64,000 nt of DNA from Paraspadella gotoi (Eukaryota; Animalia; Chaetognatha), in NCBI GenBank assembly GCA_051294375.1, contig CM119268.1, positions 18,368,005 through 18,432,004 of the forward strand. The letters run 5' to 3'. Positions within the stretch are counted from its first letter, which is position 1, and every line of letters begins with the position of its first letter. The position numbers and the translations under genes are program-made. Positions 33,297 through 46,633 of this stretch are shown here, piece by piece. The notes under the pieces were generated by a model, which saw only the letters and a program-made list of their open reading frames with translations, was not told where the DNA came from and did no database searches.

Positions 33297-34317
33297 CTAC
33301 TTACCTTGTTCATATTACTTTTGGAATTGATTTAATAATAATTTATTGAATAAATAGCAACCATTTTGTTCTGGCTTAATGATTCAATCGCTCACATCTT
33401 CAAATAATAAAATTTATATACTAAATTAATTAGCATATTTTAATCAACTTTTATATTTTTTTAATATTTGTTTATTTCTTTTTATTAAAGCACTTATTTT
33501 ATATAAATTAGAATTTAAATAATTTACATCTATTTAAAATATTTTTTTACTTAATTTTTTGAATAAAATTTATTTTAAAGTAAAAAAATATCAAAAAATT
33601 TTAAAAAGTGAGAAATGAGGACTCATTTAAATTGAATGTTCTGCAAAGAAAAATTGATAAAAATTGAATTCGAAATATAGTATCATAAATGGTAAGAACT
33701 TATTTTTGACATTGTTATCTCAGATAATAAAAATCAATCGTTGATGTCAAAAAAACTTCATCTTTAATCTCATTAAAAAAATATTCATAAAATTGAACAT
33801 ATCAAATTTTTCTATTTTTAAAAATAATAAAAACATTGGTCATTTTGCAAATTGAATCATTTGCAACTCTTTAGAAAAAAATATAATATCAGCTGACATT
33901 TGTTCAAAGATTCAAATTTTGATAGGTTTCAAAAGTTACACATTACCAAAGCATTGAGCAATTATGAAAGCTAAATGCTACAATCTGAATACTTTACTTT
34001 TTAAATTCTATCAAGTTTTAATTGATTGTGAATTTGTAAAACATTTAAAGGTAAATAAATCATAAGTTAATGACATTAAATGTTAAAGACGAAAAAAATC
34101 ATGCTCTATCAATATATATCAGTAAATATCAATGTCTCAACAAAATAATAATTATAATAATAATAATCATTATAATGAATCAATATATCATCAATATAAA
34201 TATATATATATATAAATATTGTGTACAAGATAATATTATTACCAACATAACCATATATTTACTCATTTCATAGGTTCACACAACTATTTGGTACGGCCAT
34301 GACAACAAATGGCTAAC

Positions 34318-37300
34318 CTTTTAACATAACGGCAATGTGCTCATACGATTCCTTAATCATTTGAGTGCTCAAAATTTTTAGCATTTCCATTTCTTTATCG
34401 TTTGGCTTGTGGTTATTTTTCTAAAATAATTGTTTGTGTTATGTGAGACGTCAGTTATTTAAACAATGTTGACAAACCTGAAGCGCAATTATTTCTTCCA
34501 AGAATTCTTCATTACAATTACGGAAGTTGTTTGAGTGCCTGGAAAAAGAATTTAGAAAAAAAATTTAGTCGGATCTGCTTTCAGCAGATCCCGACTCTAT
34601 AATTCACTTTGTCGGTCCGTCTGCCCACCCCCTCAATATTGTCGGGCACTCACTTATATCATGTCAGAACATCGAATTATGATAAATTATGCAAAAACAA
34701 GTTTGAGCAAACAATGTCGGATCTGCCTACGATAATTAATTAATTAATCGATTAATTAATTAATTAATTAATTCTCAACTAAACCTGTCCTCACCTCTGA
34801 CCTCTGTCCTTTTCTTAAATCTTGGTTTGTTACTTTCTCTCTCTATCTCTCACACACATTTCCAGTACAGCAAAAAAATTGTAAATTAACAAGTGATAAT
34901 GAAGACTTAAAACTGAAGTAGAAATATCTCCAATTTTTAAAAATAAATCCTTGCAGAAAACAATTCAAACTTTTTTTCTAATTCCAATATAATAGAATCC
35001 ACAAATCTGAATCTAGTATTAAACTAGATATAATTTACAGAAAGCAAGTGAGCCTTTTATTTTTACCCTAGCTTATATAATATATATTTATACCTTTCCC
35101 TAGGAATGCCATTTATGCGTCTGTCTCCCACCTCCCGTTAGTACCTACTTGAAAAGTCTCCCCTTTTTTAATCCTATTTATATTAGTTATACTGACTTAA
35201 AGGTAACTAATGAGGCAACATATTCACTATCTCTCAGGAGACTTCAGAACAACCTTAGTAGTGTAAGGACATTCTTCCTGACACACACTCAGATTAGAAA
35301 ATTTAGACTTAGCTTGCAGCTGGCAGTAATTATTATTGTGGATAAGGCACTTAGTGGGCTGAAAAGTGCTATCCGCAACTTCTTTAACCCCCTTTAAATG
35401 CCATGGAACGAGTCCTAGGCTTGGAACCAGACTGTCCTCACGTTTCACGCAGGGTATTTACCATTGGGGAACGATCCCGAAACCTAATGGTATTAAGCAT
35501 TGAGCCACCAGGTCACGACTGAGGTGTCATGCTTATGGGCAGGGTGAACATATTGTAATGCCCGAGTACATTATAATAATTATAATTATTGTAAACAATA
35601 AATTTTAGTTTTAGTTACACCTTTTGATAAGTAACATATCTCTGGGTGAAATATTTTCAAAGTCCAAGTTCTTGATTTGTAAGATGGCATCGTGAAATTG
35701 TTTTGGATGACGATTGCTAAAGTATTGCAGTACTCGGATACTTAGTGGTATGTTTACCAATTGTGAATTTAACCTATAAAAAAAATTTAATTAGCTATTT
35801 TGAAGATTGTAATCGTTTTATATGGTCAAGTAAAAATAAGATTATTAATATAATAATATTATTATATTGAATCCATTATTTATACTTGATATTTGTAGTA
35901 TAATAAAATTTTATAACTTAAAATTTAGCATATAAAACATGAAAATAAAAACTCATAAAAATGTTATATTAGTTGGCACCAGTGAGCTATATACATAAAA
36001 AAAAATTTTTGAACATTTTTTTTCAAAAAAAATTTACAGTAAATGCTGCCAACTTTGAAAAAAATGGTAAAAAATTGAATTTTTGCTGAATATCTTTTAA
36101 AGCTTTATTGCGATAGGGACGAAACTGAAACTATCTTGTAGAGCAGAAAAAAATGACTTTGTTACATTTCTCGCATTATAAATTAAGTTATTTTTTAAAA
36201 CCTATTGTTTTGGGCATTTTTGGATAAAATTGTTAAAAAAATTGGATTTTTAACAATGTTAAAACTTTTTATAAAAAAGTACGGCCAATTTTAATAAAGA
36301 GATAATTGGCTTTGTTTTGCTGAAAGAATTTTTTAAAAAAAGATTATCGGTTAAAAAGTTATAATTTTTTTAATTTAAAAAAAAATCACTTGCCTTAAAA
36401 ATCATTTTTATCCGGATCTGCTTACAGCAGATTCCGGCTGAGGGGGGGTGACAATGCAGCGAATGTTTGATTGACCAATCAGAGGAGGCTTCCTTAATTG
36501 CCTGCATTTTTCTCTGCATAATCTACATATTTTGTATGTTAATTATCATCATCGCAACGTGTTCTTATGTCAATAAAACTCGTAATTGTCCCGTAATAAC
36601 CACGCCTATTTCCTTCATTGTTATCATGAAATTATGACTTTTAAATAAGGTAGTATGGTGGACTAAAATCCACCAACCGTTCATCAGCCACCACACGTCG
36701 TCTCATGTCAGCCGGCCATTGTGGCGGAGGCAAGTCATTCGCCTCCCAACCCAAAGCGTACGGGGTTCTTAGCCGCGCGGTGGCTGCCAAGGACTCATTC
36801 TCTGTTAATTAGGTTCTTTTTTGTCTGTAGAAGACATTGGGACTGATAAACCTGAAAAAATCTGACCGGAAAGGAACTCTCCAGAGTTTCCAAGTGATCG
36901 AGTACTTTTGCGGTTTTTCTTGATCGTAATCTTATAATGTGAAATTAATTTAAAGGATTTTTTTTAATAAAATAATGATTAAATCAATACTTGATTTGAT
37001 TTTGAAACATATTTTTGATGTAGACCTATATATTTTTTATTAAACCTTTTATTTTTAATAAATTTTTATTAATAATATAATATTATATAATATAAAAATA
37101 TAAAGATGATCATTAGTTATTTGATAAATACTTACTAAAAGTTATTCCTAAATTTTGTAAAGAATAAATATTAAAAAAATAATATTTAGCAGTCACTTAC
37201 TAAAAATAAAATACAAAAATACACAATATTAAACTTTAAAACTAAAAAAAAAAAATAGTGGTTAAAATTTATAATTATATTCTCCATAACTTTTTAAAAT

Positions 37301-40300
37301 TTTTGAGCTCTTTATGGCTTTAAATTTGCGCCTTTATACCAAGAGAACTGTCAAATTTAGATTAAAATTATCAATATTTTCAGAATCTGCTGAGTCTTTG
37401 CTTTAGTAAACTATCAAAAGTGTTGGAAAATGGCCAATTACTATTTTTGTGCCATGAGTAAATTGTTTTCTCCAGAAATTGTAAACTTTTATTGTTTTTA
37501 AAACAGATTCAAATTTAAAACAGTATTACATAAAAAATTAAAGTAAAAATTTTGCCTTTTATTAGATAGCTAGATTGCATATATTATTGATCAAGTAATT
37601 TTTGTGAATATGTATCAACATAAATAAACTAAGGGGAAAATATTATATTTAATTAGTATGGCATTAGTATAGATTTATAAATGGCCAAGATAAATAGAAG
37701 TATATGTAAAAATTTATCCTGGAAATAGTTAGGTAAACAAAATTTTCTTCCTTTCTGTTTAGATATTTTGACTCTTTGGTGGAGAATTTAGTGATGCCCC
37801 GCGAATGAGAGTGTGTTGTTTGTAAGAAAGTAAATTAGGATATGGTAAAAGGCTTGCTGCATGGTCTAGCTGATGCGTCATTTTTTATTTTATTGCAAGT
37901 CTAAACTAGTGTTAAACTTATAATAAAACTTATTAACTACAGTTCAAGTTTATTATGCTATAGTTTAAACAGAATGATTGATTAGTTCAGAACAAATCAA
38001 TCAAAACCTTCTTTCTTTAACGTCAAACACAAAAAAAGGGAAAAATTGAGGAAAAAACTGTATGAACCTAGTTTGATTGAATCTTTAATATAAAAAAAAG
38101 TAATAATTATGAGTAAATGAAAAAAACTGGCAGGTTTAGTCTTATGTCGTATTTTATGGAAGAATTTCCAAAGTACAATAGAAAACATATGAAGCAAATT
38201 ATGTACACATTAGCATTTAATTTGTTTGTCTTATTTATAAAGTTATGATATAGAAAACAAGTTGTATTCAGCATTAACAATCGATCTTTATTTAATAATA
38301 AAGGTTTCTGACTTCCCGCACGNNNNNNNNNNNNNNNNNNNNNNNNNAGAGAGAAGAGTACCCCTTTTCCTACCGGATCAAAAAATTCATTCTCAATCTA
38401 ATCATGGCGTTAAAATAAATAAAAAGATTCATATAAAGTGTGACTCATATTTTTTTCATTTAAACTCATTTTCACTGGTACGTTTCCACTGTAAACTTTA
38501 TATTCATAGCTTCGAGTCATACGTGTTTTCCGTTACCCGCACATAGAAAAATTTCAACTCAATCTATCCACCCCCAATTATGATTAATTGAAAGATTTAT
38601 TTTAAAATTAAAGTAAAAAGATTTTAGTAAATTCGACTTAATGTTTTTCCAATTTAAAACTAATTTCCACTCACACTCGATTCCATCGAAATTTTATATC
38701 AGGCTTTATGCACACACTCTTCCTACCCACGACACCAAAAATTTTAATCCAATCCAATCTCAGCCAAATCACGAGTTATGGAGCTTATTATATGCTAAGA
38801 ATGGGACGGTATGGACGGATTGATGGAACTAATTAATGTAATTATGCATTAATTTATTTACATAATGTGATTAATTAACACTGATTAATTATATTGATGT
38901 TTTAATTAACATCTGCTGCAGATACATTTAATATAAACAGGAAAAAAGAAGCATACATCAATTAGTAAAAACAGGTTTTTTTGTTTTTTTTCCATTTAAC
39001 ATGCGCACTGCAACTCTTCCATTCGAAACTTGATTTCCTGTTCAAATCACACACTTTCCTACCCAATACAAAATTCCAGAGTCACTAGCCCAGTCCCACT
39101 CATGAGCAATTGGTGTTCAAAATAAGTGAATATATTTTTTTTGAATATTTTTCCCATTAAACTCATTTCTCACTACCGGCCGATCCATCGAAAACTTAAT
39201 ATCACAGCTCAATCACACACTTACCTATCCACACACAAAATTTCATTTAAATCCATCCACCAATTCACGAGTAATGGTGTTTTTTGCTAAGGTGGGACGG
39301 ACGGGACGGACGGTACGTCGGACGGACGGACGGACGGAGGACGTATCGGACGGACGGAGCGGACGGACGGACGACGGACGGACTGCGGAGCGGGACGGAG
39401 ACGACGGACAGAACGGAACGGTACGGACATTCATTTTTTTGCATAATTTATCAATAAATTCGATGTTCTACATGATATAAGTGTGTGCGCCGATCCAATA
39501 CTTGGAGGGGCGCGAACCGGACGGACCGTAAAAAGTGAGTTATAATAAAGTGAGTTATAGAGTCGGGATCTGCTTGATAAGCAGATCCGACCTAAAAATT
39601 TTTGAACATTTTTTTTCAAAAAAAATTTACAGTAAATGCTGCAACTTTGAAAAAAATGGTAAAAAATTGAATTTGCTGAATATTTTTTAAAGCTTTATTG
39701 CGATAGGGACGAAACTGAAACTATCTTGTAGAGCAGAAAAAAATGACTTTGTTACATTTCTCGCATTATAAATTAAGTATTTTTAAAACCTATTGTTTTG
39801 GGCATTTTTGGATAAAATTGTTAAAAAAATTGGATTTTTAACAATGTTAAAACTTTTTATAAAAAAGTACGGCCAATTTTAATAAAGAGATAATTGCTTT
39901 GTTTTGCTGAAAGAATTTTTAAAAAAAGATTATCGTTAAAAAGTTATAATTTTTTTAATTTAAAAAAAAAATCACTTGCCTTAAAAATCATTTTTATCCG
40001 GACTGCTTACAGCAGATTCCGCGGAGGGGGGTGACAATGCAGCGAATGTTTGATTGACCAATCGAGGAGGCTTCCTTAATTGCCTGCATTTTTCTCTGCA
40101 TAATCTACATATTTTGTATGTTAATTATCATCATCGCAACGTGTTCTTATGTCAATAAACTCGTAATTGTCCCGTAATAACCACGCCTATTTCCTTCATT
40201 GTTATCATGAAATTATGACTTTTAAATAAGGTAGTATGGTGGACTAAAATCCACCAAACCGTTCATCAGCGGCCATTGGTGCCGGAGGCAAGTCATTCGC

Positions 40301-43300
40301 CTCCCAACCCAAAGGTACGGGGTTCTAGCCGCGGTGCTGCCAAGCAGTTGAAGGGACGGGGCGCTTAAACCCCCTGTAACACGGTGTTTAACAGCCTGAT
40401 CCGAAGCTCAGGGACTGCTTATATTGAACAGTTGTTACACTTTCAGGTGACATGCCTCAACCTGGCAATGCACTTTCCGCCCACAACACATCAGGCAACA
40501 TGCCTCAACTTGGTGACGAACTTTCCACCAACAACAATTCACTGAAGAGACGCAACAGACTTCTCCCTACGGGAGGGGGGGATGTATGGTGGACTAAAAT
40601 CCACCAACCGTTCATCAGCGGCCATTGGTGCCAGAGGCAAGTCATTTGCCTCCCAACCAAAAGGTCCGGGGTTCTAGCCCGGTGGCCGCCTAGCAGTTAA
40701 GAGGGACAGCCTGATCCGAAGCTCAGGGACTGCTTATATTGAACGGTTCTGTCACTAACACTTAATGTCTCTTCAGTAGTTTTTATTTTTTTTTCATATA
40801 ATATGAAAAGATAAATTGCCAAAGGTGATTAAAAATTAATAAAATGAGACAAAAAGATTAAAATTAATAAAAGTTAATCAACTGAGAGAAGAGTTGCTTG
40901 CTGTTAACGCTGATGAAGACTTGCAACTAAAAGAGTCAAAACATGTTCGTATAATAAAACAAATCGTTGATGAAAAAACAAATTTTCAAACTTTTTCTAA
41001 ATCTCTAAACTCAACGTAAAAGAATGGCTATTCTTACTTTAAAATTGTATCATTAAGTTTGTCAAAAATGAAAAAAAAAACATTTAAGATACCAATTTTT
41101 AATTTCTATTTTAAAAATATAGTTTTTTGTTATCGCTTTAAGGACATCTCATGCATAGTAGGGCGTTGAAAAATAACAATATTATACAAATAAAGTGAGG
41201 TACATAGCTATTTTAGTGTAATAAAGCTGTAGATTTGATGATGATAACCATTTTTTTGTATAGTCTCATTTTCTTTGTCGGAAATGGCGATTTTTGTAGC
41301 ATATAAGGTGCTATTAAAATGGAGCAAACATTGGAGAGTATAAAAAACTCAAATTATTAAGATTTTATAAAAGCCATATTTAACTTATATAATATGAAAA
41401 TAAAGACCCATATAAATATTTTGGTAAGTTTATTTACAAATTTTATATTTTATTAATAGTTGTTAGCTATATTTATTAAATAAATAATAATAAAAAATAA
41501 GCTAAAGTAAAAAAATAAAAAAATAAAAAATTTAAAACCGTATTTGAATTCCTTACAAAAAGTTGATATAGAAAGTATAATCAATTTAAAAAAATTATTN
41601 NNNNNNNNNTTCCTTACAAAAAGTTTATATAGAAAGTATAATCCATTTAAAAAAATTATTTTATTAAGTAGGTTAAAAATATTAAAAACTATTATTTTTG
41701 TTTAATTTTTCAATTTTTAGCTTAAAATTATAGTTTTTCTGAATTTTGACCAACTTAATGACATAATTTTGATATAAAAATTATATTTTCTTATATTATG
41801 GTGGACTAAAATCCACCAGCCGTTCATCAGCGGCCATTGGTGCCGGAGGCAAGTCATTCGCCTCCCAACCCAAAGGTCCGGGGTTTTAGCCGGTGGTTGT
41901 CTGGCAGTTAAAAGGGACGGGGCGCTTAACCCGCCTGTAACATGGTGTTACAGCCTGATCCAAAGCTCAGGGACTGCTTATATTGAACGGTTCTGTCATT
42001 AACACTTATCAATAATTATTGTCTCTTCAATATCAACTTTTTGCAAAGAATGTAAATCCATAAAAAAAATTTTGAAATTATTATTTTTTAACTTTAACCT
42101 AATTTTTACTCATAATTATTAATTAATTTTATAATTATTTTATAAAACATAAAATTTAGAAATAAACTTACCAAAATATTTTTATAAGTCTTTATTTTTA
42201 TATTTCAAAAGCTCATATAAATTTTTATAAAATTTTAATAATTTGATTTATCATAACTTATAATGGTTTTGCTATTTTATAACAATTTTATATACATTAA
42301 AAACCGTCATTTCCGACAAGAAAGATAAAATTATATAAGAAAATGGTCATCACCATCGAATTCTACAGACTACATTACACTAAAATAGCTATGTACCTCA
42401 ATTGATTTGTTATATTTTGTTATTTTTCAACGCTCTAATGCATAGGGAGGTTAAAATTGATTAGGAGTTCACTGTGGGATTTGCAAGTGCATTAGATATA
42501 TTTTGCCAATATTTTAATTCACATTGTCTTACTTAATGAAATATCTTTTAAAAATGATTTATAACTTTTTACTCAGTACCAATTAAAAATACTTTAAATA
42601 GAAAGACAAACTTACGTTATTTTCATTAAATCCTCTTCTGAATTGTCAGTAGAATCTCGTTTGAAATTAATTTTTCTTACCCTTAGTTCTGAAAGATGAT
42701 AATAATAAATCATAAGACAAGCAATAAATTAATATATATGGAAAATATGATACCTTCATCCATGTAGTTAGAAAAATCAAAATATTGAGTTTCACGCGAA
42801 ATAGTACTGCTAAAAAGATGGTTTTTAAAGGTTAGCCAAAAAAATATTGCTTCTGGTAACACATTCACTCTAGTGACCAAACTAACAAGTATACTATACG
42901 ATATAAAATTTTTTTTGGTTAAATTTTATGACGGTATGACTCACCGCTGCCTTCTTCGAGCCAATCCCAATTGGTCAGCTGTTGAACGCACCATCTTACC
43001 ATAATTTCTACAGTTCATGACTGTTTTATTAAAATTTTGCCAGTGGCAGGCAGCGCCACTGAGGGTCTAAAGCTACTAATGCTAAAAGGTAAAATTATCC
43101 CCTCAAATGAGCATCAGAGGCAATACGGCTTGTGCTATCAGTGGTGAGCCTTTAAACATGCAACTGATGTGCTCTGTGCTACTTCATGCCCTTGTCCAGA
43201 CGTGTGGTCTTTTAACAGGCACTCAGCGTATGTATCCGACCCCTTTGCCCTGCAACTCGCTCTCACTATGGTAAAAGCCTTGTCAGACATCTCCCAGGCT

Positions 43301-44099
43301 TGGAGAATTAGGATAATGTCTTTGCCCGGGGATCCTGTGGTAGTAAAACCACACCAACTAATATTAGCCTAATCTCAGCCAATCCCAAAGCCTTAATGTA
43401 GGGAACGCACTATCCCAATCATGCTATCTCCAGTAGTAATTTTCCCCTTCATTGTCAAGGCATGACGCTACTAGTAAAGCTGGGCCCGGTCTCAAGCCCA
43501 TCACGCCAATAGGTGAGATGCCCCACCCTCATGGGCAAAACAGGCTTGCTATATTATTCTAATGAACTGCCATTTTTAAAAAGATTTAGTCTTTCTAACT
43601 TGTTAATAATTAGGGTTGAAAATTCTTCTTATTAAGAATAAAACGGTAAAATAATCCGAGTAATAGAAGGTACTATGGTGGACTAAAATCCACCAACCGT
43701 TCATCAGCGGACATTGGTGCCGGAGGCAAGTCATTCGCCTCCCAACCCAAAGGTCCGGGGTTCTAGCCCGGTGGTCGCCTAGCAGGGACGGGGCGCTTAA
43801 CCCGCCTGTAACATGGTGTTACAGCCTGATCCGAAGCTCAGGGACTGCTTATATTGACTGCTTATATATCTGTCACTAACACATAATAATAATCACTGTC
43901 TCTTCAGTACTATAGAGGTACTGACTGACCGATGTTGTACTTACTGCAGTTCCAACTCATTAGGAGGACTAGTGGGAAACCAAAAAGTGTCCGGGTTATT
44001 AGCCATTTGTTTGATGTTGCCCTGAGTGGCGTCAAAATGTCTCCCCTCTATTAATGAATATTCAATCCGTGATGGATGAGGAGGTAAACGAGGAAACAT
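34318..44099 (-). CDS. N-terminal exons of the same minus-strand gene: 43945-44099, 42754-42809, 42616-42688, 35621-35773, 34478-34538, about 34318-34420
   Basis: GT-AG boundaries with mutually compatible phases give one open peptide, MFPRLPPHPS...ELELH-STISRETQ...MDEE-LRVRK...MKIT-LNSQLV...LLIKR-HSNNF...IIALQ-KNNHKP. Linkage to the GAF exons is inferred from strand and order. Confidence 0.55.
35337..35570. mobile_element. Family D solo LTR-like element (234 bp, TG...CA)
   Basis: TSD TTAT; termini TGTGG...TACA; terminal hairpin TGTGGATA..GCACTT / AAGTGC-TATCCGCA. Confidence 0.65.
35997..36790 (+). repeat. Duplicate of about 39593-40345 (includes a family A LTR start at 36654)
   Basis: Near-identical sequence differing by small indels. 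Confidence 0.85.
40235..40775 (+). mobile_element. Family A two-LTR element with deletions (PBS region lost; LTR2 lacks ribozyme core)
   Basis: TSD GTAG; PPT GGGAGGGGGGGA plus TG; LTR2 40585-40775. Confidence 0.9.
41140..42454. mobile_element. Fold-back/MITE with long imperfect TIRs, hosting a family A solo LTR
   Basis: gcgttgaaaaataac...gaggtacatagctattttagtgtaat is inverted at 42374-42434; right end ...gggaggTTAA. Confidence 0.65.
41797..42029 (+). mobile_element. Family A solo LTR (233 bp) with twister motif at 41904-41977
   Basis: TSD ATAT; TATGG...CTTCA ends. Confidence 0.92.
42927..43553 (+). mobile_element. Old, degenerate two-LTR element related to family B
   Basis: LTR1 42927-43140 retains GC-CAGTGGC/GCCACTG-AGGG-TCTAAAGC; PBS TGGTGAGCC at 43142; LTR2 remnant with GGTCTCAAGCCC...GTGAGATGCCCCAC...TTGCTATA. 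No TSD recognisable. Confidence 0.6.
43674..43906 (+). mobile_element. Family A solo LTR
   Basis: TSD GTAC; small deletion in the P5/P2 linker of the twister. Confidence 0.92.
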
Positions 44100-44130
44100 C
44101 TTCACTTTCGTTCCTGGGTTTGAAATAAAT

Positions 44131-44387
44131 TGTGGTGAATTCTAAATTCGCTTCCCGTGTAGCTTGGTGAAAATCAGCTCGACCCATTGGCTTGGACAGC
44201 TAAGAACTCGTTCACCAACCGTTAGTTCCTGTTTCAATCCCCTCACGGTCTCGCTGGTTAAAGTGTAATGGTGTCGGCATAAACACGCCAGTGACATGCT
44301 GTTGTCACTGCAGGTGCAAAGCCTTGAACGTCAGCTGTCAGAAGATGCCTCAAACCCGGGCATCACAACTGTCCCCCTGTTACCATA
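44131..44387 (+). mobile_element. Family C solo LTR (257 bp) with twister motif at 44253-44335
   Basis: TSD AAAT; TGTGG...CCATA ends; GCTGG-TTAAA-GTGT-AA-TGG-TGTCGGCA-TAA-ACAC-GC-CAGTGACA/TGTCACTG-CAGG-TGCAAAGC-CTTG...TCAGC. The catalytic G position is A in this copy. Confidence 0.88.
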
Positions 44388-45948
44388 AAATTTCATTTTA
44401 TGATTTTGTCATGCAATTTTTATAAGTATATAAAGTTAGATAAAAACATTTACTTTTTGATAAAATTTGAGAAATCAACATCCCGTCTGCCTACAAAAAT
44501 TAGCTAAGTCATAGTAGTGAATCTTTTTTTGTTGATATTGTTAAAGGCAAAAATTATACTTATGTCTAATGATTTATTTCTGACTCGTATTAGAATTATA
44601 TTATTCATATTCTATACTATGAGTATCTCAGCTCATGAATTTGTGCAAAAAGCAAATATTGTTTTATGCCATTTATGCATCGGTAAAAGTTACCTTGCGA
44701 CCCAAAGAATTGACTGGTTTCTTATTTTTAACTTTGACCTAAAGCTAAACGAGAAAATTTTAAAGAATGATTATTTTTTATGGACCTTAAGCAAAAGCTG
44801 TTTTTTAAACAAAGGTCAAGACGTGCTCTGTCGATGAAGATAAAAGCAATTGTAAAAGAATGAGATAAGAAATTTCCAAAAATAAAAAAACAAGTTTGAG
44901 CAAACAATGTCGGATATACCCACGATCATTATCGGTAATTAAATAATTAATTAATTAATAAATAATAAATTAAAGTTAATTAATTAATTAATTAGTCAAT
45001 TAATTAATTAATTAATTAGTCAATTAATTAATTAACTTGATCCGAAATGTTTGTTTTGATTGATTAATTGACTGAATAATTAATAATGGATTAATTAATT
45101 GACAAATTGATTAATTAACTGATTAATTATTTGATTAATTTATACATCTTGCATAATCAATTAGTGAAACAGGTTTTTTATTTTTTTTGTAATAATAGAG
45201 TCGGAATCTGCTGATAAGCAGATCCGACTAAAAATAACAAGAAAGCACTCCTATTTTTAGTTTGCCGCGATTACTTGCAGACCAACTCAATAAGTCACTT
45301 TTCGGTCGGCCTGTTTGTCGGTCGGTCGGTTTGTCCGTCGGTCTGTCCCACTTATGTTAAAAATGCATATAATTTGCCCATAGTTGGCTGCTCATTTGTT
45401 AAGACAGAAAAAACCTCAAATCTTAGGGACTGCTAACGCCGCCTTCAGGAATTCCTAAAACTATAAGGAATAAAAGACAGTATTTTGATGCAGTGCATGT
45501 CATATATACATAGGCAAAAAAAGGAAATACACGGCGCAATACATTGGAATTACCGTTCTTGTTTTCTCAATTATGTCAACGAAGAAAAAAGGAAAAAGAT
45601 TACGCCAGAAGTGATTAAAAAATAACAGAGTCAAATAAAAAAAATCGAAATAAAAAGAGATGAAATTGAAAAAAGGAAAAAAAACAACATAAAAAGTCTG
45701 TACTAATTCAGTTCGACAGAGACACAGACTATCTTTGTTTTCGACCAGATCTCTTCGTTCTCTACGATCTTTTTCCTTGGTTTCTTCCAACGTCTCAACG
45801 TGGCTCTCCGTCCTTTAAGTGAGGCTGTTTTTTATAATTAAATTTTTAAAGAAAAAAATCATTAAAAAAAATGATGTCCATCTCTCTGTCAGTCCGTCCG
45901 ACTTGTTTTTATCCGATGCACCCATTCCTTCTTTTTCTTTATTTTTTT

Positions 45949-45979
<31 letters not shown>

Positions 45980-46582
45980 TCACTCCACTATTTTCTTCCT
46001 CCATCTTCTATTTTTCCTCCCTCAATCCTCTCTCCCTGCCTCCTCTTTTTTTCCCCTTCATATTCTTTCTCTTTGTTTTCTCCCTTTTCTCCTTGTATCC
46101 TCTCTCCTTCTCTTTTCTTCTCTTTTCTCTTTCCATCCTCTTTCCCTTCTTCTTTCTCTCTTTTCTCTTTCCATTCTGTCTACCTCCCTCTTTGTTTTCT
46201 CCTCTTTTCTCTCTCCCTTTTGCTCTTTCTTTTCTTTTTTCCCTCCATCCCCTCTCTCTCTCCTCCTATCTCCCTCTCTCCTCCTGGCTTTCTTTCCTCC
46301 AATTCGATCTCCGTCTCATTTTCCGTCGCTTAATTTCTAAGTTGTTGTTGTTGTTGCACCGAGAAAGCGGGCATGTTAATTCGTTCGCGACTTCGGATGT
46401 AAAATGTAAACAAAAACGGAAATGGGAGAAGCCGCGTCGCGAGAGATAGAGTCTGATTGACAGAAGGATGGATGGAGGAGTACGAAGAGAGAGAGGAGAG
46501 AGAGAGAGAGAAGAGGAGAGAGGAGAGAGGAGAGAGAGAGAGAGGAGAGGAGAGAGAGAGAAAAGCGAGAGAGAGAGAAAGC

Positions 46583-46633
<51 letters not shown>

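Noticed and set aside
41797-42029. Reading family A as a tRNA-derived SINE
   Set aside because: No A/B boxes or poly(A) tail; fixed termini, 4-bp TSDs and paired copies with PBS and PPT indicate LTRs.
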